In this document: piece by piece, positions 10,803 to 20,331 of the stretch | Layout: each line of letters begins with the position of its first letter | Position numbering within the stretch: position 1 is the first letter of the stretch | Assembly (NCBI GenBank): GCA_963696875.1 | Contig: CAVOLQ010000005.1 | Span: 70,142-134,141 of the forward strand | Direction: 5' to 3' | Length of the DNA: 64,000 bases | Source: an uncultured Sphingobacteriaceae bacterium | GTDB taxonomy: Bacteria; Bacteroidota; Bacteroidia; Sphingobacteriales; Sphingobacteriaceae | Translations under genes and position numbers: made by a program | The notes under the pieces: model-generated | What the model saw: the letters and a program-made list of their open reading frames with translations, nothing else | What the model was told of the DNA's origin: nothing | Databases searched by the model: none

Positions 10803-11384
10803 TTAACCTTTAGAATACAATCCCTTTTTATCTATGAAGTCTAGTACCGCATCTGGGAGAAAGTATTTAATATTTTTCCTTTCTTTAATGGATTTTCTAA
10901 GAAAAGTCGATGATATTTCCATTAACGGAGTCTCTGTAATGAAAATCGAGGGATGCTTCCCCAGTTCATGATCAAGGAAACCTGGCCTTGGGTATATATA
11001 AATCTGATAGTCGCGAAGGAGGATTTCATAATTTTTCCACTTTTTAATAGTGTGCAAATTATCTGATCCCATGATTAATACAAATTCCTTTTCAGGAAAG
11101 CGTTCTTGGAGATGGACTAATGTATCAATCGTATAGGAAGGCTGATCTAGTCGAAATTCAAAATCACTGCTACGAATATTTTCAGCTCCTTCTATAGCCA
11201 AATTAACCATTTCTAGTCGATCATACATATTAACTAATGTATTTTTCTTCTTCAGTGGATTGTGCGGAGACACCATAAGCCATACTTCCTTTAAATCAGT
11301 ATGGTTCGCCATGTAATTTGCAATGATCAAATGACCTGTATGTATGGGGTTGAAAGACCCAAAGAATAGTCCGATCTTACTCAT
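10803..11384 (-). CDS. nadD: Nicotinate-nucleotide adenylyltransferase
   Basis: GLFFGSFNPIHTGHL (HxGH nucleotidyltransferase motif) and ISST-like C-terminal motif. Confidence 0.88.
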   Translation of the reverse strand: MSKIGLFFGSFNPIHTGHLIIANYMANHTDLKEVWLMVSPHNPLKKKNTLVNMYDRLEMVNLAIEGAENIRSSDFEFRLDQPSYTIDTLVHLQERFPEKEFVLIMGSDNLHTIKKWKNYEILLRDYQIYIYPRPGFLDHELGKHPSIFITETPLMEISSTFLRKSIKERKNIKYFLPDAVLDFIDKKGLYSKG

Positions 11385-11389
11385 TGTTA

Positions 11390-11959
11390 TTAAATTCCAA
11401 TAAAATCTTCTACAAGTTTTTCAGCCTCCAAACAAGCCTTCTTTAAGGAATCGTTATGCAAGACCAAATCAAAATCTTTCGCATAGATCAACTCCTTATC
11501 TGCTTTTTCAATTCTCTCCTTTAATTTCTCTTCACTATCCGTACCACGCCCTCTTAAACGCTTTTCTAATACTTCCAAAGATGGTGGCTCTACAAATATT
11601 GCTAATGCGTTTTCTTCGAATTTCTTCTTTAAACGCAATCCTCCAATTACATCTAAATCAAATACAACATGTTTTCCAGAGGCCCAGATACGTTCTATTT
11701 CTGAATTTAAGGTGCCGTAAAATGTACCTGAATATACTTCTTCAAACTCCACAAATTCTTGGTGAGCAATACGATGTAGAAAGTCCTCCTTACTGATAAA
11801 GTAATAATCTTTCCCATCTTCTTCATTTCCCCGGGGCTCGCGCGTACTCGCCGAAATAGAAAAAGCAAGCTTATCCGAATACTTCTTCAGCAGATGTTTC
11901 ACAATCGTAGTTTTGCCCGCACCTGAAGGCGCCGAAAATATGATGAGTTTCCCCTGCAT
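11390..11959 (-). CDS. gmk: Guanylate kinase
   Basis: P-loop SAPSGAGKTT, TTR-like STREPR, 189 aa. Confidence 0.92.
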   Translation of the reverse strand: MQGKLIIFSAPSGAGKTTIVKHLLKKYSDKLAFSISASTREPRGNEEDGKDYYFISKEDFLHRIAHQEFVEFEEVYSGTFYGTLNSEIERIWASGKHVVFDLDVIGGLRLKKKFEENALAIFVEPPSLEVLEKRLRGRGTDSEEKLKERIEKADKELIYAKDFDLVLHNDSLKKACLEAEKLVEDFIGI

Positions 11960-11961
11960 TA

Positions 11962-12837
11962 TTATAATACGTTTAGTAACTGTTCCTTGATCTTTTCTAA
12001 TTCCTCTTTCATCTTTACGACTACCTGCTGGATTTCTGCGTTATTCGCTTTCGATCCTAACGTATTGATCTCTCTCCCCATTTCTTGGGAAATAAAAGCA
12101 AGCTTTTTTCCATTTGCATCAGCAGCGTCCAAAGCATCAATAAAGTAGTTGCAGTGACTACGTAAGCGAACTTTCTCTTCTGTAATATCTAGCTTATCAA
12201 TATAATAGATTAATTCCTGTTCGAAGCGATTTTGATCTACATTCTCTTTGCCTACAGCTTTATCTAAATAGTTAACAAGCTTTTCACGAATAAGGGGAAT
12301 TCTATCTGTCTCCTTTTCTTCGACTATAGATTGTAATTCCATGATGGTTTTTACTCTCAAAGAAAGATCTTGCTTTAATACATTGCCTTCATCTTCTCTA
12401 AATTTATTAAACTTCTCGACAGCGCCTAAAAACGTATTGTATACCTTTATCCATTCACTCTCATCAACTTCATTCTCGGAATAGGAAACGACTTCTGGAA
12501 GTGTTAATGCAGTTTGCAATAGCCCATCCGTGGACGCATTGAGTTCCTCAGCTGCGCTTTTTAATTCATTATAATAATGATGTAAAAGGGCTTTGTTTAT
12601 TCTTGCGCCTTTAGCAAGTGGATTATCTATAGTACTACTAATCGTGATATTAACTTTACCTCGTTCCAATAATTTACTACATTCATTTCTTAGCAATAAC
12701 TCCTTATCATTAAATTCTTTTGGAATCCTTAAATTAAGTTCTAAAAATTTAGAATTTAATGACTTTATTTCTACTGAAAAATGGCTCCCTCCGCCATCAT
12801 AGGTAGCTACTCCGTAACCGGTCATGGATTTAATCAT
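11962..12837 (-). CDS. yicC: YicC family stress-induced protein
   Basis: MIKSMTGYG N-terminus (internal Met used) and EMGREINTLGSKA C-terminal motif. Conserved yicC-gmk-nadD order. Confidence 0.85.
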   Translation of the reverse strand: MIKSMTGYGVATYDGGGSHFSVEIKSLNSKFLELNLRIPKEFNDKELLLRNECSKLLERGKVNITISSTIDNPLAKGARINKALLHHYYNELKSAAEELNASTDGLLQTALTLPEVVSYSENEVDESEWIKVYNTFLGAVEKFNKFREDEGNVLKQDLSLRVKTIMELQSIVEEKETDRIPLIREKLVNYLDKAVGKENVDQNRFEQELIYYIDKLDITEEKVRLRSHCNYFIDALDAADANGKKLAFISQEMGREINTLGSKANNAEIQQVVVKMKEELEKIKEQLLNVL

Positions 12838-12960
12838 TCGCAAAGATAAATTAAATCCCCTTATTTTATGGATATTGCCTTTGCCTTCTTTTCTGCATTT
12901 AACATATTTTAGCATTTTTAGTCCTAAGCATTCCTTATTTTTACAGATAAATTCAAAACA

Positions 12961-13701
12961 GTGCGGTATCTACTAATTTCTTTCCTTTTATCGTTAGGAT
13001 TCCATTCTATGGTTTTTGCCCAGCAAATCGATTACCGTGGCGCCATAATGGATTATGAGGATGGCAAACGAATAACGGGAGCGGAAGTTATCAATCTGAA
13101 TTCTAAAGAAATTATCCATACGGATGCTATGGGTGTATTCTCCATTAAAGGGAAAGAGGGAGATACATTAAGGATTAAAAGTCCAGATTATAACGATATG
13201 GAAACTGTGCTTCATGGTGTTTCCGATATAATTATACGCTTGAAACCCTCCTTTTTACTTCGTGAGGTAAATGTTTATGGCGAGTCAAAAAAAGACCAGT
13301 TAAATGATGTAATGAACGATTTCCGCAAGAAGGGGAATTACTATAATGGCAAGCCTCCTCCTCTAGCTTATGTTTTCACACCTATCTCAGCTTTGTATGG
13401 TCTTTTAGGAAAAACGCCCAAAGATGCTCGTCGCTTTCAAAAATACATGAACTTTGAATTAGAGCAAAGCTTGGTGGACAGAAAGTTCACCATTAATTTG
13501 ATCCAAGCCACAACAGGGTTATCGGGTGAAGACCTACTTAATTTTATGGATATTTATCGTCCATCATTCCATCAAGCCGAGCACTGGAGTGAATATGATA
13601 TTCGTTCTTATATCAAAAAATCCCTCGACAATTTCGAAGTTAGAGGCCGACCCTCGGCCCCCAAGCTTCCTAAAGTAGAGATTCCGAAGCAAGAAAAGTA
13701 A
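12961..13701 (+). CDS. Hypothetical secreted protein with carboxypeptidase-regulatory-like N-terminal domain
   Basis: Signal peptide MRYLLISFLLSLGFHSMVFAQQ (GTG start). Beta-rich segment ITGAEVINLNSKE..GVFSIKG. Confidence 0.45.
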   Translation: MRYLLISFLLSLGFHSMVFAQQIDYRGAIMDYEDGKRITGAEVINLNSKEIIHTDAMGVFSIKGKEGDTLRIKSPDYNDMETVLHGVSDIIIRLKPSFLLREVNVYGESKKDQLNDVMNDFRKKGNYYNGKPPPLAYVFTPISALYGLLGKTPKDARRFQKYMNFELEQSLVDRKFTINLIQATTGLSGEDLLNFMDIYRPSFHQAEHWSEYDIRSYIKKSLDNFEVRGRPSAPKLPKVEIPKQEK

Positions 13702-13704
13702 CCC

Positions 13705-14466
13705 TTATACTCCTGCTATTCTGCTTTTATATTCAGCTAAGGCTTCTTCTAAACGCTCCTTAGCAGTATCATCACCGGGAACATTATGGGATGGATGGAT
13801 AAACAGCTTCACTCCCCTTTCGGCAAGAATCTCTGCAACCGTAGTAACGGTCATCCATACACAAGTCATAAACGCCATAGTTGATATTGGACCTATCTTG
13901 TCTTTATGATTCTTAAGCTCAACAGAAGCATCCCCTGCAGGTGCGCAGCTATCTACCACTAAATCTGCTACTTCGAATATAGTTTTACCACTTGAGTGAC
14001 GCGTCTGCTTTCCTTCTGCCTCAGCCGCCGACCCAAAAGCTATTACCGTCATTCCACGTTTTTTAGCTTCTAAAGCAACATCGATATTTACATTATTGAT
14101 TCCAGAATGAGAAAACAGCCACATGGTATCGCGCTTGTCAAAATTATATCCTTTCATAATTTCGACACCGTAACCTTCCACGCGTTCTAGAAAAACAAAC
14201 TGGTGGACACCCATTTCTCCTGTAATACGTGTAAAGAAACTTAAGGGCAACTCGATCATTGGATGGAAACCGACAAACCCCCCAATTCGAGGATACATTT
14301 CTTCAATCGGCAATGTCGCATGCCCACAACCAAATGTATGGACCCAACGTCCACATTCGATTGAATCAGCCATCACCTCCGCCGCCTTGCGGATATTTTC
14401 CATTTGCGTGTCTTCAATTTTAGCCATTACATCGCGCGCATTTTTGAGCCATTCTTTTGCTAACAT
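13705..14466 (-). CDS. SIS (sugar isomerase) domain protein, UPF0309-like
   Basis: 253 aa. FGCGHA and SHSGIN motifs of the SIS fold. Last gene of the ROK-MFS-SIS cluster. Confidence 0.7.
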   Translation of the reverse strand: MLAKEWLKNARDVMAKIEDTQMENIRKAAEVMADSIECGRWVHTFGCGHATLPIEEMYPRIGGFVGFHPMIELPLSFFTRITGEMGVHQFVFLERVEGYGVEIMKGYNFDKRDTMWLFSHSGINNVNIDVALEAKKRGMTVIAFGSAAEAEGKQTRHSSGKTIFEVADLVVDSCAPAGDASVELKNHKDKIGPISTMAFMTCVWMTVTTVAEILAERGVKLFIHPSHNVPGDDTAKERLEEALAEYKSRIAGV

Positions 14467-14485
14467 AGGTTCTAGTTTTAAGGAT

Positions 14486-15658
14486 TTATTCGATTTTATT
14501 TTTGTTTATTGAATTAATAATGAAAAAGCTAAGCACCGCTAATAACATCCATTCTAGCAGAACTCCATAGATAAAGAATTTTATGCCAAAGTGTTCAGCT
14601 ACGAGGCCCATTGCATAGTTGAGACTTAAGTTGCCTAACAATCCTATTACGATGACTACACTGAATGCGGTACCGGCTGCTTCCTTAAATATTCCTCCAA
14701 TTATTCCCAGCATTAACGGTACTCCTGCCGACATACCAGCTCCCAACATAATTAAACCTACTGCTAAAGCCATAAAGGAAGTTGATACGAGTAAGAACAG
14801 AATACCTAACAGCATGAAAAAAAGAGAGAGGCATAATAAATATTTCTCAGACCATTTGCCGAAAACGCTCGCTATCAAAACCCGCATAACAGTCATTCCC
14901 ATAACATATAGAGATAATCCGTATAAGGCATTAGACTCTGAGATACCAAGATTCAATTGTAGATAAGAAGTTGTCCAGTTGTTTACTATAGCTTCAAGAC
15001 TCATTTGAAAAAACAAAAAAGCCGCAACGAAAACGACTAATTTGCTATTAAACATCCCAAAAGCGGAACTGAGCGAAATAACTTCGCTCTGTTTTATCGC
15101 TTTTGGGAAGGCTATAAATAAGAATACAATACTTGTAATCAACGTAATGACAGAAACGAAAGCCACAATCATTTGGTAGGAAAACTGACTTTGTAAGCTG
15201 CCCAAAATAAAAGGCATGCCCAGAGCTCCAATGCCATAGAATACACCTAATAGACTTAGCCGGCCAACTTTATTTGTTTCACTAATCAAGGATACCACTG
15301 CGTTAGTGCAACCATTCAACGCACCTCCTCCAAAACCAAAAATGAAAATGAAGATTTTAAGCAGATTCATTGATGGCGCATATGCGATGCCCATGAAACC
15401 CACAAATAAGAAGAATGTCGAAACTACAAAAAGAATTTTGTAGCCATACCGATCAGCTACTGGTCCAAACAACATTGAGCCAAGAATAATGCCCATAGGC
15501 AAGATGGCGAATAGCGTACCTGATGCGACATCACTCAACATAAATTTATCTCTCAAGGGAGCTGTAACCGCTCCTAAAGTGATAAAAGAGATACCAAATA
15601 AGAGCATACCTGCACATGCAGCCCAAAACACCTCTTCCTTGTTGTATTTTCTTTCCAT
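14486..15658 (-). CDS. MFS transporter
   Basis: 390 aa, about 12 predicted TM helices, GPVADRYGYK loop 2-3 motif. Confidence 0.8.
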   Translation of the reverse strand: MERKYNKEEVFWAACAGMLLFGISFITLGAVTAPLRDKFMLSDVASGTLFAILPMGIILGSMLFGPVADRYGYKILFVVSTFFLFVGFMGIAYAPSMNLLKIFIFIFGFGGGALNGCTNAVVSLISETNKVGRLSLLGVFYGIGALGMPFILGSLQSQFSYQMIVAFVSVITLITSIVFLFIAFPKAIKQSEVISLSSAFGMFNSKLVVFVAAFLFFQMSLEAIVNNWTTSYLQLNLGISESNALYGLSLYVMGMTVMRVLIASVFGKWSEKYLLCLSLFFMLLGILFLLVSTSFMALAVGLIMLGAGMSAGVPLMLGIIGGIFKEAAGTAFSVVIVIGLLGNLSLNYAMGLVAEHFGIKFFIYGVLLEWMLLAVLSFFIINSINKNKIE

Positions 15659-15661
15659 AAC

Positions 15662-16615
15662 TTAACTATTCGATTTTGATAATATAGCAAGGTAAGCTGC
15701 ACCATAGAGACCTGCGTCAGCCCCTAATGCCGATGTTGACAGGCTAACTTTTTTCATGCTTATGGGCTGAGCCCATTTTTCTGCCTCCTCTTGGATTTGA
15801 TTAATAAAAATCGCTGCCGGCCCGAACATTCCACCTCCATAAATGATCTTTTCCGGATTAAAAATACTTACGAGATTAGCGGTAGCCATTCCCCATAACT
15901 CGATAGCATAAGAAATCACCTTCTTTGCCATGATGTCATTATTCTGATAAGCAGAAAAAACATGGTGAGCGGTCAATTTATTCTGGGGGAATTCCGATAG
16001 TATGCCGGTATACTCTGGACAATTATTCAACATCTTAACTGCGGTACGAGCGATTCCATCTCCTGATGCATAGTATTCAAAATGCCCGCATTGATCATAT
16101 TCTGAACCATAGGGTCTTTCTAAGGCCATCCAGCCGATCGCCCCCGCAATATCGTGAGCACCTCGAATAACGTGACCATCAGCGATGATACCAGCACCAA
16201 TACCAGTTCCTACGGTTATGAAAATTGCATCTTTATTGTTCTTTGCATTACCTTGCCATACTTCGCCTAAAATGCAACAAGAACGATCGCTGTCTACATA
16301 TACCGATGCTCCTTTACTAACTTTTCTGATTTCATCTGCCAAAGGAAAATCTTCCCATCCGGCGATATTAGGTGCCCATACTCGTTTAGTGTTGCAGTTG
16401 TAAATACCAGGAACACATATCCCTATAGAGGAGATCGGGTCTTCGTCCGATTGCTCGTTAATACGTATTGAAACCGTATCTTGAATTAATTGGCCTACCG
16501 CATCTCCCTTACGTTCCCCTAAGGCCTCCATTCTTTTATCCATCAATTTGCCGTTAACGGAAAATACTGCATGAGCTAATTTTGTACCTCCTAAGTCAAG
16601 TGCTAGAATAGCCAT
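15662..16615 (-). CDS. ROK family sugar kinase (glucokinase/N-acetylglucosamine kinase-like)
   Basis: LALDLGGTK ATP-binding N-terminus, GTGIGAG motif, and a C..H-containing zinc region (CGHFEYYAS). Confidence 0.8.
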   Translation of the reverse strand: MAILALDLGGTKLAHAVFSVNGKLMDKRMEALGERKGDAVGQLIQDTVSIRINEQSDEDPISSIGICVPGIYNCNTKRVWAPNIAGWEDFPLADEIRKVSKGASVYVDSDRSCCILGEVWQGNAKNNKDAIFITVGTGIGAGIIADGHVIRGAHDIAGAIGWMALERPYGSEYDQCGHFEYYASGDGIARTAVKMLNNCPEYTGILSEFPQNKLTAHHVFSAYQNNDIMAKKVISYAIELWGMATANLVSIFNPEKIIYGGGMFGPAAIFINQIQEEAEKWAQPISMKKVSLSTSALGADAGLYGAAYLAILSKSNS

Positions 16616-16645
16616 AGATGCTTTTTTTTCATATCGTTTCTATTA

Positions 16646-16712
16646 CATAACAATATTTAACAAAGCATAAGATTTTAATATTTATATAATGCTTTAAAAC
16701 AATATTGTTATG
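16646..16712. promoter_or_regulatory. Long imperfect palindrome upstream of the ROK-MFS-SIS operon (candidate operator or 5' structure)
   Basis: Perfect 12-bp inverted repeat CATAACAATATT (16646-16657) / AATATTGTTATG (16701-16712). An inner 7-bp pair AAAGCAT/ATGCTTT (16662-16668 / 16689-16695) adds to it. It lies 30-100 nt upstream of the ROK start codon. Confidence 0.4.
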
Positions 16713-16882
16713 CAATATATATATAACTGCACAAACATGCAATCCACTTCAATATTTAAAAGAATCTTTTCAGTTGAAAATAATTAGGAAGGCGCCCATT
16801 CACGCAAGCCGCTCATTTTTTATTGAGTTACGCAAATTAAGAATGTTGCCTTTGAAAAAGGCAAATCGAAATATAGGAAGAA

Positions 16883-17959
16883 CTAACGCTTCAATAATTT
16901 TATTTCAAACAAGGTATCCCAGTTTTTTCCTGTTACGAATAAACGGTCCGATCGTTTATCAAAAGCGATCCCATTTAACCAATCCGTTTCAGGTGTGTGA
17001 TGTGATTGAGGTAATAACCCAATTAAATTGATCTCGCCTTCTACCGTTCCAGCTATAGGGTCAATGATTGCAATCTTGTCGGTCATATAAATATTGGCAT
17101 ATACTTTCCCATCAATGAACTCAAGCTCATTAAGCTGGTCTAGGGGGCCTTTATCTGTATATACTTCTATGAATCCCATTTCCTGATAAGTATCTTTATC
17201 TAAAAAATATAGTTTATTTGTCCCATCAGATTTAATTAATCTTTCTCCATCAAAAGTTATTCCCCAACCTTCTCGGCTTGCTTGGTAATTAAACTCCCTT
17301 TCCTTCTCAAAGGTATTTTTATCGTAAACTATTCCTATACCTTCCTGCCAAGTAAGCTGAATAATCTTATCTCCTACAATAGTGAGCCCTTCTCCAAAAA
17401 GATTTGATGGTAAGTCAACCCTTTTCAAAACTTTTCCTGTTGCAAGCTCTACCTTTCTTAAAGAAGATTGTCCTTTCAAGCCGGTACTTTCATACAAAAA
17501 ACCATTCTGAAATTCCAATCCTTGGGTATAAGCCTTCGTATCATGTGGAAAAGTATTCACCACAGAAAAAGCATATTGTTCCGGCGATGAATTTGGAACG
17601 ACAACGATATTACTCGATGATTCCATTTCTTTTCCATCTTGATAATGACGCGCTACGATCAATTTACTACCAAAACTTTGGCCATTTGTATCGAAATAAA
17701 AGGTTGTGTTCTCTTGCTGTTTGCCTATTACTTTCCCATCAACTAAATAGATTATAGAATCAATCGTATTCCCTTTCGGAATTTGTAGACTCAATTCTAC
17801 GCTATCACCTAAATTAATCAGGGTCCCCGCTTTTGGACTTGAAAAGCTAATCGTTTTAGGCGCTTTTTGACTATTACAGGCTAGTAATGTGCCAACTAAA
17901 AATAGTATCATGCCTAATTTCATCTTTACATTCATTTCAATTTTTTTAATGTTTGACAT
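16883..17959 (-). CDS. Glutaminyl-peptide cyclotransferase (beta-propeller, plant/bacterial type) lipoprotein with N-terminal Ig-like domain
   Basis: YTQGLEFQNGFLYESTGLKGQSSLRKVELATGKV and NGIAFD motifs of the glutamine cyclotransferase family. Lipoprotein signal ...LLACNSQ. Confidence 0.78.
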   Translation of the reverse strand: MSNIKKIEMNVKMKLGMILFLVGTLLACNSQKAPKTISFSSPKAGTLINLGDSVELSLQIPKGNTIDSIIYLVDGKVIGKQQENTTFYFDTNGQSFGSKLIVARHYQDGKEMESSSNIVVVPNSSPEQYAFSVVNTFPHDTKAYTQGLEFQNGFLYESTGLKGQSSLRKVELATGKVLKRVDLPSNLFGEGLTIVGDKIIQLTWQEGIGIVYDKNTFEKEREFNYQASREGWGITFDGERLIKSDGTNKLYFLDKDTYQEMGFIEVYTDKGPLDQLNELEFIDGKVYANIYMTDKIAIIDPIAGTVEGEINLIGLLPQSHHTPETDWLNGIAFDKRSDRLFVTGKNWDTLFEIKLLKR

Positions 17960-17968
17960 TCACCAAAG

Positions 17969-18334
17969 CTAAGCTTCTGGCCAAAACGCGTCTTTTATAT
18001 GTACTATTTCTGGGTTCTTTATCTCATTTGTCAATATCGAAATGATATCAAATCGAATATCACCTTCATGTTTAGTTCTAGAGATATAAATATTGGCCGC
18101 TCTATCCAACTTTCTTTGCTTTTTCCAATCTACAGCTTCATAAGGCATCCCATAGGAGTCATTAGATCGAGTTTTAACTTCGACAAATACCAATACAGCT
18201 CCGTCTTTAATAATTATATCTACTTCGAGGTGCTTATATCGCCAGCCTTTATGTACTATTTTGTAACCTTTCTTCTCCAAATATTGACAAGCAATCTCTT
18301 CACCTAGCTTCCCAATTTGTAAATGCTTAGCCAT
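17969..18334 (-). CDS. yraN: YraN family (UPF0102) endonuclease-like protein
   Basis: 121 aa. GEEIACQYLEKKGYKIV..EVDIII..LVFVEVKTR is the YraN/restriction-endonuclease-like fold signature. Confidence 0.85.
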   Translation of the reverse strand: MAKHLQIGKLGEEIACQYLEKKGYKIVHKGWRYKHLEVDIIIKDGAVLVFVEVKTRSNDSYGMPYEAVDWKKQRKLDRAANIYISRTKHEGDIRFDIISILTNEIKNPEIVHIKDAFWPEA

Positions 18335-20311
18335 CTATTTTAAAATCACGGTTCCCAAGTAAGCAGATACTTCTCTTTCAAATTGCTTATACTTTTGATA
18401 TTCATGCATCAAAATTGCAATGTTATCCGGATCATTTTCTACCTTTATCTTTTCCCTTACGGACTCCATACGAACTTCATTGGCATGCTTCTTCATTCGG
18501 TGCAATGCTTTTATTATGGTTTCCTTTAAATTATCCATCTCGCCTGATACAAAAATCTGCCGTTTCTCATCGCCCCAATTCGGACTCAATATATACCGTG
18601 AAGTGAGCAAGGATACTGCTAAACTGGAGACTTCTTTATCTATATGCTGTATAAAATATTTTTCGTCTGGGAGTTCTTGTTTCTCGATCTTTTCTAAAAA
18701 GATATCAATTACTTTCTTACAGCCTGGATGATGAAATGTCACGTCTTCTAATCCAGCTAATAGGACTAAAGCTATTGGCAAATTTCCATCTTGCTCCCAA
18801 TCTGCGGCTATATGTCCATAATTCAGTAGGAGCCGAATGATCTCCTGTTCTTGTAATTCAGATGACGGCTTTACACTCGCTTCGCCTATATCCTTTTCCC
18901 CATCATCAAATAGATCAGCTGGCGGCCCATCATTAGTAATAGGCGCTTGCTGCCTCGATAGTTGTTGCTGATGCTGTGAAGATTTCCTCGACTGGGTAAT
19001 CTTCATACCATTCAGCTCTGCCATTAATAGGCGCTCTTCGATTTCTAATTTCTGACTGCACTCTCTAATAAAAACCGCAGCCTTTATTTGATCCGGGATA
19101 AGGGCTATACTTTCCACAACCTCTCGAATAACACCAGCTCTTTTTATAGGATCATCTCCGGCATCTTGAAGCAGCACAGTAGTTTTAAAAGAGATGAAGT
19201 CCTGACTGTTTTCTTCAATATACTTTTTAAATTTATTAGAACCAAAATCCTTGATAAAAGAATCAGGGTCTCTACCATCTTCAAAAAGAATTACCTTCAC
19301 GTTTAGCCCTTCTTGCAAAAGCATGTCAGCCCCTCTTAGGGATGCTTTAATTCCTGCAGCATCACCATCGAAAAGAAGAGTTACGTTCTTACTAAAACGA
19401 GAAATAAGCCTAATCTGACCACCTGTCAAGGAAGTTCCTGAAGAGGATACTACGTTTTCTACCCCTGCCTGATGCATGGCAATAACATCGGCATAACCTT
19501 CCACTAAAAAGCAATTATCCTGATCAACAATACTCTTTTTTGCTAAGAAAAGTCCATATAAAACATCGGACTTATGATAGATAATGCTTTCAGGTGAATT
19601 TACATACTTTGGAGTCTTTTTGTCAGACTTTAATGTCCTTGCGCCAAAGCCCAAAACACGACCGGTAAGGTTATGAATAGGGAACATTACGCGCCCGCGG
19701 AAACGATCGTATATCTTTCCATCGTCTCTTTTTACAATTAGTCCTGTATCTGTCAAGAAAGAATCCGAATATCCTTCTTGTTTTGCCTGAAGCGTTAATA
19801 AATCCCAGCTTTCGGCAGAATAGCCAAGTTCAAATTTCTTAATCGTTTCTTCCTTATAACCTCTTTCCTTAAAATAACTAAGACCAATCGCTTTTCCTTC
19901 ATCGGAATCCCATAGCTGATTCAAAAAAAACTCACTTGCCCAACTTGTAACGATGAATAAACTCTCCCTTTGATCGCTTACAACTTGTTGCTCGGCACTC
20001 TGTTCTTCTACCTCGACTTCAATATTGTATTTCTTCGCTAAATAACGAAGAGCTTCAGGGTAGGAATATTTTTCTAGCTTCATGATGAAATCTACCGCAT
20101 TCCCGCCTTCGCCGCAGCCAAAGCATTTGTAGATCCCCTTACTTACTGACACATTAAACGATGGAGTCTTCTCATTATGAAAAGGGCATAATCCCAATAA
20201 ACTATTCCCTCGCTTCTTTAAAGATACAAAATCGCCTACTACTTCCTCAATTTGAAGCGTATCGAAAATTTGATTTACAGTGTCTTGCTTAATAAACGAT
20301 GATGGTTTCAC
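18335..20311 (-). CDS. dnaG: DNA primase
   Basis: Zinc ribbon CPFHNEKTPSFNVS..YKCFGCG. Toprim motifs EGYADV and FDGDAAG. Confidence 0.92.
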   Translation of the reverse strand: MKPSSFIKQDTVNQIFDTLQIEEVVGDFVSLKKRGNSLLGLCPFHNEKTPSFNVSVSKGIYKCFGCGEGGNAVDFIMKLEKYSYPEALRYLAKKYNIEVEVEEQSAEQQVVSDQRESLFIVTSWASEFFLNQLWDSDEGKAIGLSYFKERGYKEETIKKFELGYSAESWDLLTLQAKQEGYSDSFLTDTGLIVKRDDGKIYDRFRGRVMFPIHNLTGRVLGFGARTLKSDKKTPKYVNSPESIIYHKSDVLYGLFLAKKSIVDQDNCFLVEGYADVIAMHQAGVENVVSSSGTSLTGGQIRLISRFSKNVTLLFDGDAAGIKASLRGADMLLQEGLNVKVILFEDGRDPDSFIKDFGSNKFKKYIEENSQDFISFKTTVLLQDAGDDPIKRAGVIREVVESIALIPDQIKAAVFIRECSQKLEIEERLLMAELNGMKITQSRKSSQHQQQLSRQQAPITNDGPPADLFDDGEKDIGEASVKPSSELQEQEIIRLLLNYGHIAADWEQDGNLPIALVLLAGLEDVTFHHPGCKKVIDIFLEKIEKQELPDEKYFIQHIDKEVSSLAVSLLTSRYILSPNWGDEKRQIFVSGEMDNLKETIIKALHRMKKHANEVRMESVREKIKVENDPDNIAILMHEYQKYKQFEREVSAYLGTVILK

Positions 20312-20331
20312 CTTACAAATTTACAGCTTTT

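Noticed and set aside
16705-17031. 108-aa plus-strand ORF spanning the intergenic region and the 3' end of the glutaminyl cyclase gene
   Set aside because: It overlaps a confident minus-strand CDS. The sequence is AT-rich with no domain signature, so it is a likely shadow ORF.
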